Source: Bacillota bacterium (GTDB taxonomy: Bacteria; Bacillota; UBA994; UBA5500). Taken from it: DNA of 64,000 bases. The DNA is taken from the NCBI GenBank assembly GCA_023436245.1, contig JAEZJZ010000078.1, positions 79,758 through 143,757 of the forward strand, read 5' to 3'. The notes beneath the pieces are model-generated. The model was not told where the DNA came from. It searched no databases and saw only the letters and a program-made list of their open reading frames with translations. This document shows, piece after piece, positions 56,949-64,000 of the stretch (its first letter is position 1; every line of letters begins with the position of its first letter). The position numbers and the translations under genes were made by a program.

Positions 56949-57129
56949 TTGCGCTTACCTCCCTCCTGACTTCGCACGTGTTTGTCCAGAAGAACACCCA
57001 ACGCAGCACCCAGAGCTGCGGTATGCTTGGTTTTCCCCCAGGGCTGTCAGGCCGTCAGGTCATGCTCCCCAAACGCATAGCGCAGAATCTGCAGGGCAGC
57101 TACGATCATTCTCCTGTACCTGCCTCGTC

Positions 57130-57855
57130 TCACGGTAGGTACTCCGCTTCCCGGAAGAGCCACTGGGTGTAGGCGGTTCGCACCTGCGGATAGGCTGCTC
57201 GGGACACTGGCACCCGCCGTCCAGCCAGGGTGATCAGTTCGTTCGGTCGCAGTTCCTGCACCCACTGCAGGTTCACCAGGTAGGAGCGATGCACCTTGAT
57301 GAAGCCTGGACGTGTCAGTAGCGCGCGCTCGAACTCGGACAGATTACCAGATACCTGCTTTGAGCTGCCATCGGTCAGCCCGAAGTAGAGCTGCTTGGCA
57401 TTGACCTCCAGGTACTCTATCCTCCCATATGGCAGGCTGAACATGCCGGATTGCGTTCTGACGCGCAGTGCTTCTTCCGGTCTACGCAAATTGTCCCTCA
57501 ACCGGTCAAGGATGGGAAAGAGCTTCTCCGGCGAGGCTGGCTTCAGCAGGTAGTGATGCGCCCGCACACTGTAGCTTTCCACCGCAAATTCCGGCGTAGA
57601 GGTCAGGAAGACAATCTCCACCTGGCTGTTGAACTCCCGCACTTCGTGGGCGGCCTGCATCCCGTTCAGCCCTGGCATCAGGACATCCAGCAACAGCAAG
57701 TCGTACTGCTCGCTCTGCATGGAGGCCAGCAGTTCCAGCGCACTTTGGAAGCTGAGGTAGCTGAGCTCTGCCTTACGCTCGCGTCGGTATGCTTCTACTA
57801 GGGACGCGATTCGTAGCAGTTCTTGCTTGTCATCGTCGCAAATGGCAATCCGCAA
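57130..57855 (-). CDS. LytTR-family two-component response regulator
   Basis: REC domain (RIAICDDD...LLLDVLMPGLNG). C-terminal LytTR (FIKVHRSYLVNL). TTG at 57855, 8 nt after GAGGAG. No kinase gene nearby. Confidence 0.7.
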   Translation of the reverse strand: MRIAICDDDKQELLRIASLVEAYRRERKAELSYLSFQSALELLASMQSEQYDLLLLDVLMPGLNGMQAAHEVREFNSQVEIVFLTSTPEFAVESYSVRAHHYLLKPASPEKLFPILDRLRDNLRRPEEALRVRTQSGMFSLPYGRIEYLEVNAKQLYFGLTDGSSKQVSGNLSEFERALLTRPGFIKVHRSYLVNLQWVQELRPNELITLAGRRVPVSRAAYPQVRTAYTQWLFREAEYLP

Positions 57856-58025
57856 ATCTACTGCTCCTCTCGCCGAAATATCCAAGTCCATGTTACTACA
57901 TTTTCTGCTCGGATTGACCGCACTAGTTCTCCATTCAGGCCGCATTCCACTACCGTTCAGGCCAAGGACGGTTTTGGGGCGGCTTTTTTATCTATGCTTT
58001 TTCTAGAGCAACAGCGAGAAAGGGG

Positions 58026-58367
58026 ATGGGTTCGGTGCCGACAATCATCGCTTGCCTGATTGCGGGTATCTGCGCGGCCGGATTCGTGACCATCTGGTTC
58101 ACGACCGCCTACCGCGAACTCTGGGTAAAGCGTACTAGCCTGGCTGATCTGCGGGAGCAAATGTGCCTGCACGAGCGCTTGTTCTCTCAGGTGAGGGATG
58201 GCCCCGACACCCAGTCCGCTGCGCGGATGCTGGCCACCAGCCGCATGCTCTGCCGGGAAGCCGCCAAGACGTACAACGCCGTCCTGCATAGGCCCATGAA
58301 CCGGATTCCAGCTCTGCTGCTGGGGTTCCGGGATGCGGAGGAAGCGGGTGCAGGCGGAGAGCGCTGA
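58026..58367 (+). CDS. small membrane protein
   Basis: N-terminal TM TIIACLIAGICAAGFVTIWF. Divergent from the response regulator. Confidence 0.3.
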   Translation: MGSVPTIIACLIAGICAAGFVTIWFTTAYRELWVKRTSLADLREQMCLHERLFSQVRDGPDTQSAARMLATSRMLCREAAKTYNAVLHRPMNRIPALLLGFRDAEEAGAGGER

Positions 58368-58492
58368 CCTGCCACGATTTTGGATTGGTCCAATGTCTGG
58401 CGTATTGCCTGGGAGCGGTGCGCTTTTCGCGGCAGCTTGCAACTGAGCATGGTAGCCATGGAGTAATAATTGGAGAAAAAGGGAGGAGCTAG

Positions 58493-61400
58493 ATGGTGCT
58501 AGGAATGAAAGTGGCGCAGAAGACTCAACGGTTGCTTGCATTGCTGATGCTGACTGTGTTGACCAGTCTGTGGTTCAACCCGCCAGCAGCGCAGGCAGGC
58601 ACTCTGAACATTGTCACAGCTAATTACGCAGGCGTTCCCAGCGACGCATTCGAGTACGTTAAGTTCACCGTTGAGCGGGCTAGCCTCTACGAACTAAAAA
58701 CCAGTTCTTACCTGCAGGACTGCGATACGGAGCTCTGGTTGTTTGACAGTGACTACGGCCTAATTGAGGAAAACGATGATTACGTAGACCTGTACTCCTA
58801 CATCAGTCGTCGCCTTGATGCGGGGACGTACTACTTCGTGGTCACGGAGGTAGGGGGAGGTCCTCTCTATTGCCATTTCGAGATTAACGACCTCGAGGCA
58901 ATGACGCCCGCGACCACCCCGAGCGCTAGCTTCTCCTTTGATGGTGAGAGTGCGGGCAAGCTGATGGGCACCACGGCGCAGATGACGTGCTCGCTGGATG
59001 GGGGCCACAACTGGGCTCGTTGCACCGCGCCGAGTACAGACCTGTCCGGCGCTCTGGGCAGCATCAGAACGCACCTCGACATCAAGGTTAAGAACCTGGG
59101 CGATGGAGTCACCACCATCGAGTCTGCGGTGCAGACCATCGACATCACCCGGGCTGCCGAGCCGACCACGGCCGGCAAGGTGGACTGCAGCACGCTGGCC
59201 AATAACGACGGCAAGCTGACCGGCGTGAGCGCGGCCATGGAGTATAGGCTCTATTCCGACAGCAGTTGGATCAGCGGCACCGGCAGTGATATCACCGGCT
59301 TGCAGAGCGGCACCTATTTCGTCCGGGTAAAGGCGACGGGCACAGTGATGGCTTCAGGCCCGCAGACTCTGGTCATCAACGCCTACGTCGGCACACCCGC
59401 GACTACCCCCAGCGCAATCTTCTCCTTTGACGGGAGCGATGCGGGCAAATTGCTCGGCACCACTGAGCAGATGCGGCACTCGCTGGACGGCGGCTACACC
59501 TGGTTGCCTTGCACCGCGCCGAGTACAGTCCCGGCCGGCACTATCGGCAAGAACTACGACATCAGAGTCAAGGACATGGGGGATGGCGTCAACACCACCG
59601 AGTCTCAGGTGCAGACCATCGATATCACCCAGGCTGCCGCGCCGACCACGGCCGGCAAGGTGGACTGCAGCACGCTGGCCAACAACGACGGCAAGCTGAC
59701 CGGCGTGACCACGGCTATGGAGTACTGGAGCTACACCGACGGAACATGGGTCAGCGGCACCGGCAGCGATATCACCGGCTTGCAGAGCCGCACCTATTTC
59801 GTCCGCGTAAAGGCGACGGGCACAGTGTTGGCTTCAGACCCGCAGATTCTGGTCATCAACGCCTACGTCGGCACACCCGCGACTACCCCCAGCGCGACTT
59901 TCTCCTTTGATGGCGATGACGCCGGCAAGCTGCTCGGCACCACTGAGCAGATGCGGTACTCGCTGGACGGCGGCAGTACTTGGGTTGCTTGCACCGCGCC
60001 AAATACCAATCTTTCCGACTATGTGAGCAGTATCAATGAAGATGACGACATCAAGGTCAAGGACCTGGGCGATGGAGTCACCATTACCGAGTCTGCGGTA
60101 CAGACCATCGACATCACCCAGGCGGAGGTGCCCACGGCTGACAAGGTGAATTGCGCCACGCTGGCCAACAACGACGGCAAACTGACCGGCGTAACCACGG
60201 CTATGGAGTACAAGCTCTCTACCGCCGTCACCTGGACCAGCGGTACCGGCAGCGATATCACCGGCTTGACCACCGGCAACTATTACGTCCGCGTCAAGGC
60301 AACGGGCACGGTGCAGGCGTCCGACGAGCAGACTGTGACCATCAACGCCTATAGCGGCACGCCCGCAGCACGCCCGAACACAACCTTCTCCTTCGACGGT
60401 ATCGATGCGGGCAAGCTACTCGGCACCACCGCGCAGATGAAGTACTCGCTGGACGGGGGCAGTACCTGGATTGCTTGCACCGCGCCAAGTACCAGTCTTT
60501 CCGACGCTGTGAGCAGCATTAATGAAGACGACGATATCCAAGTTAAGGACATGGGAGATGGCGTCACCACCATCGAGTCTACGGTGCAGACGATCAACAT
60601 CATCCGGGCGAACACTCCCACGGCTGGCAAGGTGGACTGCACTACGCTGACCAACAACGACGGCAAGCTGACTGGCGTGACCACGGCCATGGAGTATAGA
60701 CTCTCCTCCACCGGCTCCTGGGTCAGCGGCACGGGCAGCGACATCACTGGTTTGGCTAGTGGCACCTACGATGTTCGCGTCAAAACCGCCGGCACGGCTC
60801 TGGCGTCCGACGTGCAGACTTTGACCATCAACGCCTATAGCGGCACGCCCGCAGCACGCCCGAACACAACTTTCTCCTTCGACGGTATCGATGCGGGCAA
60901 GCTACTCGGCACCACCGCGCAGATGAAGTACTCGCTGGACGGGGGCAGTACCTGGATTGCTTGCACCGCACCGAATACCAGTCTTTCCGACGCTGCGAGC
61001 AGCATCAATGAAGATGACGACATCAAGGTTAAGAACCTGGGCGATGGAGTCACCACCATCGAGTCTGCGGTGCAGACCATCGACATCACCCAGGCTGCGA
61101 GGCCGACCTTAGTTGCCACGGAACCCAGCACCACCGGCGGTAACGGCAGTATCCCGCTGACCACTGAGCACGAGTACAGACTGTCTGGCGCGATTGACTG
61201 GATTTCCGCTGAAGGGACTACGTCCCTTGCCCCTGGCAATTACCTCGTCCGCGTCAAAGCGACGGGCACAGTGTTGGCTTCCGAAACGCAGAGCATCACG
61301 CTGACAACTTTCACCGGGAATCCCGAGAGCACTCCCGCAGCAGTTGCGGACTATGCGGCCGAAGAGCTGACCAATCTCACGGCCGACGGCAGCTATGCTG

Positions 61401-62863
61401 TGAACGGGACCAACGTCAGCGCCGACTCCGCAGGCAAGCTGGCCATCGAAAGCGACTGGCTCGGGACCACCATTTCGCTGGTGAAGAAAGGCGATGGTGT
61501 CACAACCAATGATAGCGAGGCACAGAGCCTGGTTCTCGCGGCGCGGCCGGCAGTTCCCGCGTGCACGGCGACGCAGCCTTCCGCCAGTGCTGCTACCGGC
61601 ACTGTTTCCGGCATTACCGAGGAGATGCAGTATTCCATCGACAATGGGACCAGTTGGGTCGACGGAACCGGCAGTGCTGTCACCGGACTTGTGCCTGGAA
61701 CGGTGTTCATTCGCGTGAAGGCCACCGGCAGCGCTCCGGCGAGTAGCAGTCAGACGCTCACAATCACGGCCTACAGCGCACCACCCATTGACGAAGACAG
61801 CGGCAGTTCCTCTGGTAACAGCGGCAACCCCGTCCCGGCCCCGGTCACCGAGATCAGCAGCGGCGGCAGCACAACTGGCTCCAATCTCAACCAACTAGTT
61901 TCTACGAGCAAAACTCTGACTGTCTCCGGCGATGATGGCGCCAAGTTGGTGTTTGATATCGATGCCTTGCAGGGAATCGCCGGTCAGACCGCGGACGGCA
62001 TCAGCGTGGAGTTGCGAGATGTATCCCCAGAGCATCAGGACAACCACCCCGGCAAGCGGGTGTTCACGCTGACCGTCAGCTCCGGCGGCAAGACCATCAG
62101 CGAGTTCGGTGGTTCCGTCACCGTTACCCTGCCCTATGCCCTGCAGGATGGGGAAGAGCCCGAGGACGTGACCGTCTGGTACCTGGCTGATGACGGCACC
62201 ATGACCGAGATCTTCTGCGCTTACGACCCGGTAACCGGGTTGGCTACCTTCCAGGTCAGCCACTTCTCGCGCTATGTCGTGGGCACTGCGCTGGAGGAGA
62301 CTGTGCCGCAGGAGGTTCATTTCTCCGATGTGCGGGAGGGCGACTGGTTCCATGGCGTGGTGCGATACGTCGCGGACCAGGGATTGATGGGCGCGACCAG
62401 TGGTGCATCTTTCAGCCCTCAGGGCACCACTACTCGCAGCCTGCTGGTTACCATACTCTGGCGACTGGAACATGAGCCAAAGGCAACTACGACCGCGGTC
62501 TTCTCCGACGTGCTGCCGGGCGAGAGCTATGCTGAGGCAGTGGCCTGGGGCGCCGAGAACGCTCTCGTCGGCGGCTACTCCGCTTCACGCTTTGGCCCGG
62601 ATGACAATATCACCCGCGAGCAACTGGCGGTGTTCCTCTACCGTTACGCCAAGTACAAGGGCGCTGACGTGAGTGCACGCGGCGATCTGACCGTGTTCAA
62701 AGATAAGCCATCGGCCTATGCGCGAACCAGCGTGCAGTGGGCAGTGGCCAAGGGTTTGCTCCGGGGTAATGGCAGCAGCGATTTCCTCGACCCAACCGGC
62801 GGCGCCACGCGCGCGCAGCTGGCGGCAATTCTGCAGAGGTTCATTGAGAACGTGCTGAAGTAG
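58493..62863 (+). CDS. S-layer homology (SLH) domain cell-surface protein with PPC-like N-terminal domain and about eight 160-aa tandem repeats
   Basis: Signal peptide. DTELWLFDSDYG...YYFVV matches the PPC pattern. Repeated TPATTPSA.FSFDG..AGKLLGTT...VRVKATGTV units. Three C-terminal SLH motifs (FSDV..., FSDVLPG..., FKDK...). Confidence 0.8.
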   Translation: MVLGMKVAQKTQRLLALLMLTVLTSLWFNPPAAQAGTLNIVTANYAGVPSDAFEYVKFTVERASLYELKTSSYLQDCDTELWLFDSDYGLIEENDDYVDLYSYISRRLDAGTYYFVVTEVGGGPLYCHFEINDLEAMTPATTPSASFSFDGESAGKLMGTTAQMTCSLDGGHNWARCTAPSTDLSGALGSIRTHLDIKVKNLGDGVTTIESAVQTIDITRAAEPTTAGKVDCSTLANNDGKLTGVSAAMEYRLYSDSSWISGTGSDITGLQSGTYFVRVKATGTVMASGPQTLVINAYVGTPATTPSAIFSFDGSDAGKLLGTTEQMRHSLDGGYTWLPCTAPSTVPAGTIGKNYDIRVKDMGDGVNTTESQVQTIDITQAAAPTTAGKVDCSTLANNDGKLTGVTTAMEYWSYTDGTWVSGTGSDITGLQSRTYFVRVKATGTVLASDPQILVINAYVGTPATTPSATFSFDGDDAGKLLGTTEQMRYSLDGGSTWVACTAPNTNLSDYVSSINEDDDIKVKDLGDGVTITESAVQTIDITQAEVPTADKVNCATLANNDGKLTGVTTAMEYKLSTAVTWTSGTGSDITGLTTGNYYVRVKATGTVQASDEQTVTINAYSGTPAARPNTTFSFDGIDAGKLLGTTAQMKYSLDGGSTWIACTAPSTSLSDAVSSINEDDDIQVKDMGDGVTTIESTVQTINIIRANTPTAGKVDCTTLTNNDGKLTGVTTAMEYRLSSTGSWVSGTGSDITGLASGTYDVRVKTAGTALASDVQTLTINAYSGTPAARPNTTFSFDGIDAGKLLGTTAQMKYSLDGGSTWIACTAPNTSLSDAASSINEDDDIKVKNLGDGVTTIESAVQTIDITQAARPTLVATEPSTTGGNGSIPLTTEHEYRLSGAIDWISAEGTTSLAPGNYLVRVKATGTVLASETQSITLTTFTGNPESTPAAVADYAAEELTNLTADGSYAVNGTNVSADSAGKLAIESDWLGTTISLVKKGDGVTTNDSEAQSLVLAARPAVPACTATQPSASAATGTVSGITEEMQYSIDNGTSWVDGTGSAVTGLVPGTVFIRVKATGSAPASSSQTLTITAYSAPPIDEDSGSSSGNSGNPVPAPVTEISSGGSTTGSNLNQLVSTSKTLTVSGDDGAKLVFDIDALQGIAGQTADGISVELRDVSPEHQDNHPGKRVFTLTVSSGGKTISEFGGSVTVTLPYALQDGEEPEDVTVWYLADDGTMTEIFCAYDPVTGLATFQVSHFSRYVVGTALEETVPQEVHFSDVREGDWFHGVVRYVADQGLMGATSGASFSPQGTTTRSLLVTILWRLEHEPKATTTAVFSDVLPGESYAEAVAWGAENALVGGYSASRFGPDDNITREQLAVFLYRYAKYKGADVSARGDLTVFKDKPSAYARTSVQWAVAKGLLRGNGSSDFLDPTGGATRAQLAAILQRFIENVLK
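58900..61100. repeat. long in-frame tandem DNA repeats (about 480-490 bp units) within the S-layer gene
   Basis: Successive units start near 58906, 59398, 59880, 60360 and 60845. The last two are nearly identical at the DNA level. Confidence 0.7.
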
Positions 62864-62900
62864 ATATTGAGGCAATTGCTGTCCCCCTGTGCGGGTTTGG

Positions 62901-62960
62901 CCAGCAAAGCGAAAGCGCAGAGATGGGACGTCGAGTCCCTCATCTCTGCGCTTTCGTCTT
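62901..62960 (+). terminator. putative terminator after S-layer gene
   Basis: GCGCAGAGATG-loop-CATCTCTGCGC followed by a T-rich tract. Confidence 0.4.
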
Positions 62961-63161
62961 CCTCGGATGGGCGAACTTCCACAAGCATGTGTGCTGAGCT
63001 TGGACTAATTGACAGGCGATGTTCACCGTGCAGTCGATTTGTCTGAGGGAGGAGTATCCTGAATCGGCGGAGAAAGGGAGCATGCGCAACTCTGGCGCTT
63101 TGGTGCAAGGATGTTCGAAGCTGAAGCGTCTATCTGGTGAGGAACGCTGACACATAGCTGT

Positions 63162-63425
63162 GTGCCTATGCAGCTGTGGATTGAGGTGAAAACGGTCGTG
63201 ATCAAGTTCGAAATGGTGCCCCCAGAGGAAGCCCCGCAGAATTACTTCCGGAGGTCTGCAGCCATCATCGCCGGGCTCGTTGCTTTCAACGTCATGCATA
63301 ATCTTCTTAAGCAAACTGAACTGGCGTTTGCTCTGAGGTTGGTCCTGAGCCTGGTTGTGTACTCGTTTGTGGCGAACCTGATCTATCCCTTCTGGCGAGT
63401 GCGCTTCACACGCCGTCAAGGTTGA
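63162..63425 (+). CDS. small membrane protein; paralog of prophage gene 23484..23711
   Basis: Shared C-terminal ...PFWRVRFTRR motif and similar two-TM layout. Confidence 0.4.
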   Translation: MPMQLWIEVKTVVIKFEMVPPEEAPQNYFRRSAAIIAGLVAFNVMHNLLKQTELAFALRLVLSLVVYSFVANLIYPFWRVRFTRRQG

Positions 63426-64000
63426 CACAACCGTCGACCGACCCCGTATTTGACCTTGGCGATGGAGGCGCTATCCACTGCAAAGAAAAGCCGGAGGCAG
63501 GCAATGCCTCCAGAATAGTATCTGATGTGGTTTGCATTCACCCATCAGTGAAGTCATTCTTGATCCGGCGATTCTCCTTCCGTCTCGGTCCGCTGAGCAT
63601 CAATGACAGTACGGCATACAGGGTGAAGAAGTAGACGAATGAGGAACCGCTGAATGGCTTGACTCTGTTCAGCACAGCAGATAGAAACAGCGCCAGTGCA
63701 ATCATCAGAAACCGCTTTCTCTTTTCCATGGGCTCGACTCCTTCACTCCGTTCTCAACAGATTGTATGCGGCCCGGCTCGTAGTATGGGTGCTTCTTCTG
63801 AATTGTCTGTCAATTATTCGACGCCGCGCCTCTGAAGTCCTCTCTTTGAGGCCGGGTTGAGCTCGCCGCAAGCACTCCTGAGCCGCGTGACAGCTCCCAG
63901 TATCCCTTTTCCCGCTGGAGGTTTGTGGTTTGAGACTGGTGACCGTAGGCGCTCTATCCGTTGGGCGTCCCCGCCGTGATGCTCGGACGGGATCGGCTCT

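Noticed and set aside
58900-61100. CRISPR array
   Set aside because: Repeats are about 480 bp, in-frame coding units without unique spacers. There are no cas genes.
61109-61894. 261-aa antisense ORF within the S-layer gene
   Set aside because: Lies within the repeat region of a signal-peptide/SLH protein. Arg/Gly/Ala-rich artefact.
1-64000. tRNA/rRNA genes
   Set aside because: No cloverleaf-compatible or rRNA-like segments noticed by eye. This cannot be excluded without tRNAscan or Infernal.

Overview
This window is a GC-rich (about 58%) chromosomal segment with Firmicutes-type features (SLH/S-layer protein, PBSX-like XkdX, ArpU/RinA late regulator, XRE/S24 CI repressor). Roughly 2.2-45.2 kb looks like a complete temperate siphovirus-type prophage integrated by a large serine recombinase. 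From left to right it carries int, a moron/defense island, a CI/Cro lysogeny switch, a YqaJ-RecT-Rep-RusA early region, ArpU, terminase, portal, head module, tail module with a tape measure, an XkdX-like gene, holin and endolysin. Host genes flank it on the left (S41 peptidase fragment, SAM methyltransferase, DUF503 protein) and on the right (LytTR response regulator, very large repeat-containing SLH S-layer protein). Two accessory islands stand out. The first (3.9-8.5 kb) lies between int and cI and holds an uncharacterised tightly coupled two-gene cassette, a DUF3578(McrB-N-like)-HNH type IV-like nuclease and an MBL-fold hydrolase. The second (45.2-57 kb) lies just beyond the lysis cassette and holds a SLOG/YpsA-like gene plus an unknown partner, an SF2 helicase, a BcgI-like nuclease-methyltransferase fusion with an HsdS-like subunit that has duplicated specificity domains, an Mrr-like nuclease, a RES-domain protein with an unusual N-terminal extension, and a tandem P-loop protein with no start codon. 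Other signals include a -1 programmed frameshift in the tail chaperone, a HEPN-like moron antisense inside the late operon, a HExxH domain fused to the minor head protein, an amidase-SLH-trypsin-like endolysin, CI operator repeats, and iterons inside the replication gene. All coordinates derive from the supplied ORF track plus manual start refinement and may be off by about 1 nt. Domain calls rest on motif recognition without database searches.
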